A DNA stretch of 61,995 nucleotides, the filler included, from Dimorphilus gyrociliatus (taxonomy: Eukaryota; Animalia; Annelida), in assembly GCA_904063045.1 (NCBI GenBank). It is 3 parts of 3 records of this genome, joined end to end, with 100 filler letters (N's around TTAATTAATTAA, not from the genome) between each part and the next. Parts side by side here need not be neighbours in the genome. Positions count along the whole stretch, not along the records: positions 50,476 to 61,995 come from CAJFCJ010000261.1; 2 more parts are not named here. One strand, written 5' to 3'. The position numbers were made by a program, and so were the translations under genes. The notes beneath the pieces were generated by a model, which was not told the DNA's origin, ran no database searches, and saw only the letters and a list, made by a program, of their open reading frames with translations. Positions 50,476 to 61,995 of the stretch are shown piece by piece. How positions within the stretch are numbered: position 1 is the stretch's first letter; each line of letters opens with the position of its first letter.

Positions 50476-51485
50476 TCTGTACATTGGTTAAGACTTGGTA
50501 AGGGGTTGTTTCGCTTGTATAGTATAATTTGTTCTTCAACTTTATTGGGATAGTTTAATAGTCGTTTTTCTTCATTTTTGCCAATCTCTGATATTGTAGC
50601 AAATTGTATAGGTGTTCCTTGCTTGTTTCCTGTATTAAACTCTGTTCCTCCAGTGGTACTAGTACTTTTGTTCCAGGACCACCAATTCCATCAATAAACT
50701 TATCTGATAAGGGATGTCCAGAATAGAATACCCTGGACAAGAATAGTGACCAGCAAATTTGATACAACTAATTCTGTTGCTAATTTTTATCCATGGTGAT
50801 TGTTGCCCAAGTGTGTAATTATTCTTGAGGTTTCTAAAGACAATAATTGCCTCTTCTGTCTCACAATAGGACTGCCCTGGTAAACAATCTTCCAGGTAGT
50901 CCAGATTAGTTGTAATTTTCATATTAGGAGGTTGCCAATATGCTTTGCCAAACTGGATAATTGTGGTGTATTCCAGCACCTTGGTCGTTGTTGGCCATGT
51001 GTAGGCAGCAGGAAACTGATCTTGGTGGATCCAAGTGTTTCTTTTCACCATTAAAGGTTTTCCTTGAAAAGATCGTTTGTCTTTTATCATCTGTCTGCAT
51101 TGATCATGAGTTACTTTGATAACTGAGTTAACAATCCTCCTCTTCTTTGCTCCAAAGAAATAGTAAGTGTAAAAATTAGTTCTTAGATACACTTGACATT
51201 TTACTGCTCTTGTTTCAATTTCTTCCAAGTTCAATTCATAGATATCAGCTGTAATTGTCTTGGTTTCTTGTGATTCTATATTACAAGTTGGCTCATCTGC
51301 TAGATCAAATGCCTGGCTTGGTAGTTGGTTAGAACAAAAGTATAACGGTGGTTTAAATGTTAAGGTAATGTTTGCACTTGTAACATGGCACCTTGGTAGG
51401 ATGGTTTTGGGACTGTTATTGAGTGGATGCAGCCACAGATCACCATTACAGTCATCACTAGTGGAAGCCACAACATCTGTTTCAT
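50476..51485 (-). CDS. env: Env-like glycoprotein resembling a class III viral fusogen; two apparent frameshifts, truncated
   Basis: Signal peptide MKQMLWLPLVMTVMVICGCIHS (ATG 51485) joins ORF 50659-51471 by one added A at T4 51405-51408. KC...YYFFGAK...QCRQMI and AAYTWPT resemble fusion loops. Another frame is open from about 50665 to the contig end. Confidence 0.7.
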
Positions 51486-51719
51486 GTTAGCTCTTCCTGT
51501 GTTGGCTATAGTTGAATGGTTGAAAATTTTGTGTTGTTGTTCCACTCTGATAGTTATTCCATCTTCTAACTCTATATATTGTGGTTCCACTTCTTGTTGG
51601 GAATCTAATTGTTCAGAGATGATTTTAGTCTCATCTAAAAATATGACTGACTCATTGTCTGTGTCACTTGTATTTTTTTCTTTGTGTCTCACTTTCATTA
51701 TGATGTTTTAATTTTTCAT

Positions 51720-51723
51720 TTAT

Positions 51724-51760
<37 letters not shown>

Positions 51761-54700
51761 TTTCTGTGTCATCACTTTCAGATGAGCTTGAAGGTTCATT
51801 GAGACTGTAATTACTGTCTGTTTTGAAAGTATTGCTTGTGTCATAACCAGTATCAGAATTAGTAACTTCCATCTCTGAGTCATCACTATCTGAGCTTTCT
51901 GATGAAGAGTCATGCTGTCCCATCATGGCTATAGTGACTTTGTTTAGTTGAGGTTGCCTTATTCTTTCAGCCAGGTTCCCTTTCCTTCTATCAAATTTGA
52001 GAGAACACTGTTTAGCTTCAAAATTGAGGTTTGCTCCCACAGTTTGTAGGAAATCACAACCAAGTATTATTGCTATGTCTAGATTTTCCATAACTATAAA
52101 TTCTTGTTCCATACTTTCTCCAGCAAATTGGATATTCAGCTTTACGCTTCCTTTTTGCTTTAAAGCTTTCCCATCAGCTGAAGTTATAATTGGTAAGCCA
52201 ATTGTTTCTTTATCCATAATTGTAACATCCATTAACTTGATTTCTTTTTCAGTAATAAAGGATCTCAATGCTCCTGTGTCACACAAGGCAATGACTTCTT
52301 GGCCTTTTTGATTCTTCAAACGGAATTGGAAGTCATTTCTTCCTTCTACCTGAGAAAGATATTGGAGGTGTGTTATTTCCTTCTCCACAAGGTGAAAGAT
52401 TGTTGTTGCTTCTTTCCCTGTTTCCAACTTATTAGATTCATTGGCTAGTCTTAATCTGCTACCATGTACCAACTTGCATGTATTATCATCCATTTGTATT
52501 TCATATATCCACTTTTGATGATTGACTTTTGTTATTCGGTATGGGCCTAACCATTTTAAAGAAGGGATTTTTGTTATTGCAATTCTTGCAGCATCATTTC
52601 TTAAGAATACTTCATCATCAACCTCAAAATATTTTGGAAGATTGAGATTTCTATTCTTTCTTTCCCTATATTGTTCTTTTGCCATGATGGATTTACAGAA
52701 GGCTGTAGCTCTTAACTGTACTAATTGCTGCTGGTGATTGAATACAAATAGTACATTTGTTTCAGGAGAGGTAGTATGCATTGTTACATCAATCAGTGTT
52801 CTTGTGCTGGTGCCAAAAAGAAGTTCCTGGGGTGGTAGTCTTGTACTTCCTACAGGTGATTGATTCAAAAATGCTTGAATCAAGGGTAGGTTTGCAACCC
52901 AGTTATGCTGATTTTCTTCCACCACTAATTTATTGATTTCCTTCCTCACTTCTCTATTTCTTCGTTCAACTAGTCCATTGCTCTGGCTTCTATAAGCTGT
53001 TGTTTGGATTTTCTCAATACCTAATACCTTCATAAACTCTTTAAAAGCTTTACCAACAAAGTTTCTTCCTTGATCTGTCAACATTTGTTTTGGAATTCCA
53101 AAAATGGGAAAAAATCTGTTGAAAAGAAGGTTTGCAATTTCTTTACTGGTTTGCTGTTTGAGTGCATATAAAACTGTGTATCTACTGAAATGATCCACTA
53201 TCACAAGTATGAATCTGTATGACTTAACCATGGGTAAGGGTCCCATTATATCCATGGCTACCAACTCCATTGGTGATGCAGGGTGAAAGGTTTCTACCAA
53301 AGGGTATACTCTACTCCTACCATTCATTTGTTCACACAAAGTGCAATCCTTTATTGAATTCTCAATCATAATCTTTAATTTTGGGTGCCAAAAGGTCTTT
53401 GTAATTATTTGTAATGTCATTCTGGGTCCATGGTGATTGTGAATTTTATTTTTATGGAATTTAGGGAGCAGAGTTAGCATCAAATGGTCAGGTAAAACCA
53501 GAATGTTTCTTTCTTCAAGGATAATCCAGATCATTTCCTTGTGAACAAACATCTCCATTATGAAAGGTGTAAAAGTTCCAAAATAAGGAATAGGTAGCTG
53601 ACCATCCAATGTTAAATATTCTTTAATTGATTTTAAATTCACATCTTTTTCTTGCTCTGACTGTAAGTCAACAGAAGACAAATCAATTTTCTCTTCACTG
53701 TTATCACTGGTAGCTACAAAAGTTAACTCTGGTGTATGTTCATACTGTTCCATTTTAACTGAAATAGAGGGAGAATTCTCCTTTTTGATCTTTCCATGAA
53801 TTAGCTCTTCAAATGTTACTTTCCTTGGGGGTGTATATTCTTCTAATCTTGTTAATGCATCTGCTCTATTTTTTCGTCCTGTCACATAGTTAATTGTAAA
53901 TTTTAAATCCATTAAAGCCATGACCCATTTTGCTGTGCTGACATTCAATTTGTTTTGCTTAAATGTTTGTACTAGACTCTGATGGTCAGTATATAAAAAG
54001 AATGGCTTGTCTTGAAGGTAATGTAAAAATTTCTTTACAACCCAGTAAACACCAAATGCTTCCTTTTGATAGGCTGCATATTTCATTTGATTATTGTTGA
54101 ATTGTTTTGAAGCGTAGGCAATGGGTTTCATTGTTTTCTTCCCATTCTCATCTACATAAACTTGTTCAAGAACTCCTCCTACAGCTACATTCGATGCATC
54201 TGTTGTTAAGTGAAAATCTTTAGCAAAATCAGGTAGTTGTAATACAGGAGGGTTAACTACTGCATCTCTCAACTTGAAAAATGATTGCTTGGCTTCCTCA
54301 GTCCATTGCAATTTATCCTTTTTCCCATGTAGTTTCATTAACATATACAGAGGTTTAGCTACTCTTGCAAAATCTTGTATAAATTTTCTGTAATAGCCAC
54401 AAAATGCAACAAAGCTTAGTAGTGAATTTGCAAACACTGGTGGCTGTAAATTATATAATTTATCTGTCTTGGACTTATCTGTTTCAATCCCCTTTTCTGA
54501 TACAATGTGTCCCAAGAATTGAACTTGTTCTTTCAAAAACACACATTTACTTAGTTTAATCTTAAAATTGTACTTTTGAATCTGTTGAAGAATGGTCTCC
54601 AATGCTTCCCAATGTTGGTCCAGCGACTTGGTAAATATTATTATGTCATCAAGGTAGTTTAGGCACAAATGCTTTACATCCTTTAGCACAAATGAATTCA

Positions 54701-56882
54701 TTACATAACTAAAATGAGGAGGGGCATTGGTTAATCCAAAAGGCATCTTAATAAATTCAAACAAGCCAAAAGGTGTAATAAATGCTGTTTTAGACCTATC
54801 TTCTTTCTTGATGTTAATGTGGTGGTATGCACTTGTCAAATCCATTGTAGAAAAGAATTTATTTCCTCCTCCCAAATGGTCAAAAAGATCATCTTGATTT
54901 GGCAGTGGATACTTGTTTTTAACTGTCATTTTGTTTAGTTTTCTATAATCTACACACATTCGTAGACTACCTTCCTTCTTTCTTACGAAAACAATTGGTG
55001 AAGCCCAATTGCTCTTGCTTGGTTGAATAACTTTGCTTTTTACCAATTCAGCTATCTGTTGCTTACATTCTTCTTGTTTTTGAGGAGGCATTCTATATGG
55101 CCTTTGTCTATATGGTGTTGAACCTGGTTCAAGAGTTATTTCCAAGGGTGGTACCTCTGGATTGCCAATATCAAATCTGTCTTCTGCAATAGTTTCTTTA
55201 TATTTTGCCAGAATTTGGGTAACTTTGTTCTTCATCTCGGGATTTTCTTGTTCAATTGTTGTCTGAAGGGTATGTATTTGACTCTCATTCTTTTTCATAA
55301 TAAGAGGAACTGGGTAAAACCCTTTGAAAGATAAGTGTTGTGTTCCAACAGGGTAATTCTTTTCTGTACCTGGCTGGAGTATAATCTGTCTCTTGCCAAA
55401 GTCAAGGGTAGCTCCATTTTGTTGTAGAAAGTCACACCCAATAATACATTGTTGTGTAATGATTTTGTTGATCAGAAAGCGTTGTTTAATAATCTTTTCA
55501 TTAAAATAAAGTCTGAGAATGATTTCTCCACATATCTCGATGCTATTTCCTGAAGCATCTCTAGCATTTTTCACAGTTTGTTCTGGGAAGGATGCTTTTC
55601 CTTGAACTTGTCTTAATACCTTTTTTGAAATGAAAGATCTGTCACTACCAGAGTCTATCAAGGCATCAAACTTAAAACCAGTATTAGTTTCAAATTGTCC
55701 AATAAATGTTGAAGCATTTCGCTCAGATTGTTTGCTTTGTAACAGCTGACAAGTGGATTCGTCACTATCTGAAAAACAGAGAATATCTTGAACTTCGTCG
55801 TTTTCTGACATGCTTTCATTGTCTAATGTTTCTAATTTTTGTAGCTTAGGTTCCTCTTTCAGTATCGTCTTTGCTGGTTGATTTTTCTTATAATACCTAT
55901 TTGTTGTAGTTGGTGCATACTTTTGGACTTTTTGGCTTGAAAACTTTTCTTTAGTAGCATTTTTGTTGTCAGGTACATGCTTTCTATTCCAGAAATTTGG
56001 GGTTTCTGTAGAAGCATCTTTTCTGATTACCTGGGTCTTTTTGGTCTCTTTTCTTTGTTGAGTTTCCAATTTTGACACCATTGTGATCGGTTTTCTTTGA
56101 GTTAGTTTTAATGAAGTTTCTGCTTGCTTAGCAGCCTCATATAGTTCTGCCAATGTTTGACATTTAGGATGTAAGGTGTACACTAAATGTAGAATATCCT
56201 GTTGTAATCCTCTTTGTAAAACTTCCATCAGTTTTATTTCTTTCATAGTTGCAAGCAATTGTGGTTCCATTGGTCTAGGTGGAGAAAACCTCTTTATCAA
56301 TTTCTTTGCTCTATTAACAAACTGAACCACACTTTCGCCATTCATTTGCTTTAAGTTAAGCAATTTCTCCTGATACTCCAAAGGATCTAGATCAAATTCG
56401 TCATGGAGGGCTTTCCATATTTCCTCCACAGTAGGCTCTCCATCCAGAGCCAACACCAAATCCTTTGCAGGACCAGTTAAATAATCTAAAAGATTTGCTT
56501 TCACAACATCTTCTCCTATCCAACCATAAGCATAACATGCCTGATTAAAGTCTTCTTTGAATTTTGAACACTCCTTGCTTCCATCATACAACTTGAGAAT
56601 AGTTCTTTGAGGGCGGTCCCAAGCAGCCCTTAATGCTTGAATTACTGTTGTGATATCAACATTTGGGTTCTGTGCTGGGTGATGTGTTCCATCTCCATGA
56701 TCTGTTGGAATTGTGATTCGATTTCTTTTCATTTCACTCACCAATCTATCATAGTCTTCAATTAGTCTTTGTTGCCTTTCTGACATTCCTGCTGGCTGAA
56801 TTGTAATTGTTGGAGTTGCTGGGGTTGAAGGGTTAGAGTCTGTAACTGCCCCAGTGGCGTTTCCATTTCCTCCTTCTGCCAT
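51720..56882 (-). CDS. gag-pol: Gag-Pol polyprotein, 1720 aa from ATG 56882: Gag, PR1, RT, RNase H, integrase, PR2
   Basis: LIDSGS (55647-55655), YLDD (54645-54656), TDAS...E...TDH RNase H, HH/CC zinc finger, MDIMGP / TDQG / GLVER integrase triad, GPY motif, then LCDTGA (52272-52280)...ILGCDFL. Confidence 0.96.
51727..51758 (-). repeat. A32 homopolymer at the end of the pol ORF
   Basis: 32 T on the + strand, translated as a poly-Lys run. Confidence 0.95.
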
Positions 56883-56920
56883 ATTTACTTTCTCAAAACT
56901 TTTGAATAAACCAAAAGAAT

Positions 56921-56938
56921 ATCCTGTCGACTGCGCCA
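56921..56938 (-). promoter_or_regulatory. Primer-binding site, tRNA-Ser type (TGGCGCAGTCGACAGGAT)
   Basis: Lies 4 nt after the LTR end and is complementary to the ...ATCCTGTCGACTGCG-CCA type 3' end of animal tRNA-Ser. Confidence 0.88.
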
Positions 56939-56942
56939 AATT

Positions 56943-57577
56943 TGTACTGCTCTTGCTGGCAAAATCTATGCGTTTGCAAGTTATAACAATACTGGTTCTA
57001 CTCGAACCTTTAAACAAATGTTTAAATTAAAATGGTTTATTCGCAATAATAATACTTAAGCAAGTAACAATATGAGAGTTCAATAGCAGAGTAGATAGTT
57101 TGTAATAGCAGGTTGCCAAATTACCAAACTGTCTTCCAATGTTGAGGAGTAGATGGATGGTTCCAGTGGAGGTTGTTTCCAGATGATTTTCCCAGGTCCT
57201 TGGGTCCAGATGGAAGCTGCATGCCAAATGAGAATAATGAGAATTTATATACTTTGAGGTTTGTCTCTGACATCCAATCATCACTTTACAGTTGCCGAAA
57301 TGTGTAGTTCATATTTATCTTTAGTAACAGGATGTTACAAGGTTCAACATTTAGGAAGGTTAATTGAATTATAACTTGGCCACACCCTAGGCAAGTTAAT
57401 TAAATTATAACTTGGCCAAACCTTTATTGGTAATTAAAGATGAGCCTTCAAGCTGACTAATCAGACTTATGTTTGGCCAATGTTATAGCATTTTCTTGCG
57501 TAGGTTTTAAGATGTACATGTATATGTTGCATAAAATAATAGAGTTCAAGCATGTAAAATATAACCAAAGTTGTACA
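56943..57577 (-). repeat. 5' LTR, 635 bp
   Basis: TGTAC...GTACA termini. Boundaries are confirmed by the solo LTR copies with TSDs. Confidence 0.95.
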
Positions 57578-57949
57578 ATAATATGCTATTTGTTGTATAA
57601 AAACAAGTAAAACTGACCTCATTTCCTTATTTTATCAAAAGGCAGTTCCTTAATTTGTCTAAACTGTTTTTTAAGGCTCAAAAATTCAAGGCCCTATATT
57701 TAGTTGCTTGATCGAAAAATATAAGATGAGGCTAAAAGATGAGTAGCAACCCAAATCATGGATATAATAACCACAATTTACTTTTAAAATTGAAAAGGCA
57801 CTATTCTAACAGCCATTTCAACACAAAAAATATGCTGATTTTATACACAAATTATTTTCTGTTTTCCAAATATTCCTTTACAATGCAGTGATTTTTTCAA
57901 AAAACACCAAAATTCTATACGAGTGATTCATTAAATCGAATTATGAAAT

Positions 57950-59600
57950 GAAGCAATTTCTTACAATTTGAATCTTGCCAATATTTTAGAAATCAAAAGT
58001 GATTCAATCAAAGTGCAACTTTTATACATGTGTCTTTGAGAAAGAAATTGGGCTTGTGGAAATCTATCTGAAATGCTATGGTCGTGATCGAAAAAAATGT
58101 CATTCCATTGACTGATATGCCACTGAATGAGCCAGTGGTCAGAATTATGAGTTATTGTTGTTAATTTAAGGTAAAGTTTTTAGAATTTTACATGATGTAA
58201 TATCTTTAACAAAACTTTTATGTGTTTACACCATCATTTCTGTTAAAATGTCAAGTGCGCAAATTTAAGAACCGGATGACCTTTCATTCCTTCAGAAAGC
58301 TTTCTAGATAGAATAGATGCTATAGATGTTCAATATAGGTGTTATTGAAACCTTTTCAAACATTTATCCTTTGATCAAAAGAATATCATTTAAATTGTGC
58401 TGTAATGCCTATCAATTAACTTGAAAATCAATCAACAGCTTAATTTGTGATTTTCCTTTTCCACTTATGTCCAACACTATTATTAAAAAATTCAGATGCA
58501 TCAAGCATCCACTAGTCCATCTTGGGTTATTGTCTAGTTTTGGTGGCTTTTGCTCGGGCTGGGAATTGATTGCATGTGCAATTGTGGTGAATTCATTATT
58601 AATTTATGTGAAGGTGTGAGATTTCAACAATGTCTGATTCTAAAAATCGTTTTGAATCCTAACTGAGATGTATCAGCTCAGCAATTGATGAGTTCTGCAA
58701 CTTTAATAAGATTTTTATAGATTGTTGAGTGATTCAGATACTATACAGTCACCTTCATCTGCGATGTGTGAATTAGTGACTTAATTACCAAGGTAGTATC
58801 ATTTTGAACCTCACAATCCTTCAAATAATCATTTTGAGGACAGATGATTTTTTGCAGCTTTATTTTGCGTGTTGACAAAAGATTGCTCTCGGGGGTTAAA
58901 CTTACGCCCACTGTTTCACATACATCCCTATTGGTTTGCTGAATCATTGTAATCATGCTTGCTGTTGTCTACAGTAACACTCAATAGGCGATAGTATCTT
59001 CAAATGTCTTGATTTCAGGCGTCTTTTTCGCAATATTGAATGTTAATCAGGAAAGAATGTCTCAGAGATTTTGTGGTGGTATCAAAGTTCAGTGATAGGA
59101 AACTTTTCTTAAATAATGTTATGTAATTTTCGCCTAATTCTTAGGCTTCCCCTCCAATCATATCAATGATTTTTTTTGCTCGAATCTATGTTGAAGGCAT
59201 TTAGAGAAGGACTTACAAATGTCTTGAACCAAAATTAATTAACAACGTAAAGCGATCTTCCACTTACAGTAAAGATATTTATGACACGGATTCCAGGTTT
59301 ATTCATTCGATTGTAGCCAACATTTGTTTTATCATTGATTTGATACGAGTTCCATGGTTTTAAAACTGGTTATCTTTATTGTAAAGGGCCCTAAATTGTT
59401 CTCAGATTGTTTTTTGAAAAAGTCCTAGTAACGGCTTTTGTAAATATCAATGTGCATTTGATTGATGTGTGCTCTCTACAGATCTAAATGGTACCCGAAT
59501 TTTCTTTCATATGAGCAGCTTTTTTCTTGCGTGATCATAATTCTACATGTAAAATATTCTGTAGTTTAAATCAAAACAACTTACGATGAATTTTTTGGTG
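57950..59600 (-). mobile_element. Heavily decayed hAT-family transposase
   Basis: Across frameshifts: SLNFDTTTK (first D), LLSVTVDN/ASMI (second D), SCRTHQLL (CxxH) and PKLDNNPRWTS (DxxTRWNS), in hAT order. Confidence 0.6.
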
Positions 59601-61995
59601 CTCTGTTGATTTAATCTTTCTCTTCTGTGCTCATTTCTAGAGGCACTAAAAAGGTTTTAAAGGCGTGAGTAATGACATTGGAAGGGCAGTATAATTTTCA
59701 ATTTTCTGGATATTCGATATGATATTAAGTAGAAATAACGATGGCATAACAAACTTTTGAAATTATCATTTTTATGAAAATTGATGATATCTTGTACCAT
59801 ATCCGTATAAACAGGAAGAACTTGAACTAAATCCCTAGTGGCCATTTCAAATCTGAGAGTTGATAAGTTCACAGATATAATTCACTTTTGTGGTGTGAGA
59901 CTCAATATATTATGTGGATTTTGTTTTGGTTTCGATTTTGGAAATGCTGGCTATTATAATTATCTGGCATGTTTGAACCAGCGTTCGATGTAGGTTTTGG
60001 TACACAAAGTTATCACTTTTATCACGGAAATGTCAGTTTCGGCCATCCTTACTACATCACTGCTTTCATATGAATTCGAACTTGCTTCGGTTTTAACCAT
60101 TTCATGAAATTCTACTTCAAAATTTCAATCAACTTTCAAATAATCTTCTTTCCTCAGATCGTTCTTAATTTTAAAATTGATAATTTATCAGAAAAGATAA
60201 AATCAAAAAAATAAAAGTCGGGTATCATATTATTTAACAACAATTAATTGTTAATATCTTGGGTACTCTAATTCTCTACCTACATATGTTAAGGTATTTA
60301 GGTCTTCTACAACCTGTCTGTGTGGATTCTTCAGGTTCTACCTGTAAAATTTCAATCTCTCAAAAAAATTCTGTGATGTCCAAATCATTTGAAGTTTTCA
60401 TGTAAGTATTTGTATTTTTCATTGAAATACTAGAGGATGAAACGCCGTACAACCATGAGTAAAAATCTCTCAGGTTGACAGGGTTGTCATCCAAAAATTC
60501 CTCTGAGGCTGTCTTCTTTCTATTAGAACTCGCTATCCATATATTCAGGCATCTTATGAATAGTTTCTGGTCTATGTATAGATCAGCTTTATTTTCAAAT
60601 TTGGTTATAGAACCTCTCAGATTTGATGAGATTTTCCCTCTGAATTTGAGGAAATCTTTCAACTCTTTTATTAGAGTTTGCTTTTCAATGACAAAGTCAT
60701 CAAAGTCGTCCATATTCACATGTGACTGCTCATCATTTCGATGTTGCAGATCCTCATGTCCATGATTATTGCCACTATTTTTATTTGAGGCCGCTTACTG
60801 TGAATACCCACACAGCAAGAAAATTGGATACCTCGGGCCATCCCTAAGGAATTCATTCAATTTTTTGAGATATTCCTGGCTGACATGTGTAATTCTACCA
60901 GATGCAGGTCTCAAAAGGTGTCTTTCTATGAAACTTTATTATCAATGCTCGAACTCTTCAATTTGTGCTATGAATTCGTGGACTGGTAACTTTTGAGAAA
61001 TGGGGGTTTGGGAATGGCGGGATCCACATAAGTGGTGGCTGCTTTCTTTGTCATGTAAAGAGATAATAAATAAGACAAGGTATAACTCAATGGCTGGGAA
61101 CAGTGGGGAGATAAAGAAATCTGTATTCTATTGTTTTTCAATTTCTTATATAGTTTCACTGAAACCCCCTTTTGAAACCAACTACCACTTAAAACGTGGG
61201 TTGACATTTCCATCAACTGATCTCCCAAACAGTTTCGCGCCTGCGATCACTGTGACAGAAATCTACCACTTCATTGGAGGGTTTTAACATCACACCATGT
61301 TCCATCTCAGACATGCCTCGAAAACCTCCTTTATATGAAACAGTTTCCAAAATGGAAACCTATCAGTTTCAAACTTCCCTCTCTGCTACTTCACGTATCA
61401 TCTGCTCCAACAATGCTTTTGATTTTTTTTTTCAATTTTTCCTGAAGAATATGTAACATTGCTCTATAGGGTGCTTATACCATCCGCAACATTGTGCATT
61501 GTGCAATAGCGTGTTTTAATCAAACTAAGTGGTGGGTCACATGAAAGAATTGGGATCCAGTAGGCAATGTTTCTCTGGAAATGGTGATTAATACTTGTCA
61601 AAAGATCGATAAAATCCTTACTTGTTTTTTCAATTTAGCATGTTATATTGTGTAATAAATGATCGAAACAAAACAGCCTTATCATATTTGGATATTCTAA
61701 TCCAATGTCATTATACCATTTGGCATTATATAAGGCATTGACTGTAATGATATAAAATACATTATACTTTTTGAAACCAATAATGATTAATACTGTTTCA
61801 ATAAAATTGGCTACATTATTGCAATTCGGCACATCAAATGAGATATCTAATTAAACCATCTCAAATTGGAATGGATCTGTTACTTTTTACGCCAGACCAG
61901 TAATAAAGTGCTGTTTTTTGATGACAATCATATAAAAAAATGATGTTTTTATTATTGTAAAAATCGATAAAACCTTTCAAATATTTTTTATACCC

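Larger units (their letters stand above)
50476..57577 (-). mobile_element. Env-class Ty3/gypsy (Metaviridae-like) LTR retrotransposon, truncated at its 3' end by the contig boundary
   Basis: 5' LTR, PBS, Gag-PR-RT-RH-IN in gypsy order, an extra protease and an env-like ORF. The 3' LTR and PPT are missing. Confidence 0.95.

Noticed and set aside
56883-57017. ORF-track start of Gag-Pol at 57017
   Set aside because: A non-ATG start inside the LTR that reads through the PBS; the first ATG is at 56882.
57027-57284. Recurrent 60-85-aa ORFs (also 13937-14182, 15824-16081, 13549-13743) as genes
   Set aside because: They lie within LTR copies and recur only because the LTR does.

Overview
AT-rich eukaryotic (invertebrate-type) genomic DNA with about 60-nt introns, not a prokaryote. 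The window holds three contigs (1-20907, 21008-50375, 50476-61995) joined by artificial 100-nt linkers (44 N + TTAATTAATTAA + 44 N), so adjacency across them is not biological evidence. Contig 1 is a double fold-back (arms 1-5175/5303-10489 and 9081-14976/15049-20907), probably an amplification or long-read artefact. Its roughly 10 kb of unique sequence carries LRR and MULE debris, two solo LTRs and a Gag-protease retroelement derivative. Contig 2 is a transposon-rich cluster of innate-immunity/extracellular genes: intronless RNI-type LRR genes, TSP1, a chitin-binding/TSP1/triple-C1q gene and a GPCR fragment. It is organised around an old inverted segmental duplication. Contig 3 holds the most interesting object, a Ty3/gypsy element with a 635-bp LTR, a tRNA-Ser PBS and an intact 1720-aa Gag-PR-RT-RH-IN ORF. 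That ORF carries a SECOND aspartic protease after the integrase and is followed by a signal-peptide env resembling class III (rhabdovirus G-like) fusogens. A divergent Gag-PR2 relative in contig 1 suggests the second protease is a conserved family trait. A decayed hAT transposase follows the element. All calls come from motif reading and manual alignment; no database searches were run.
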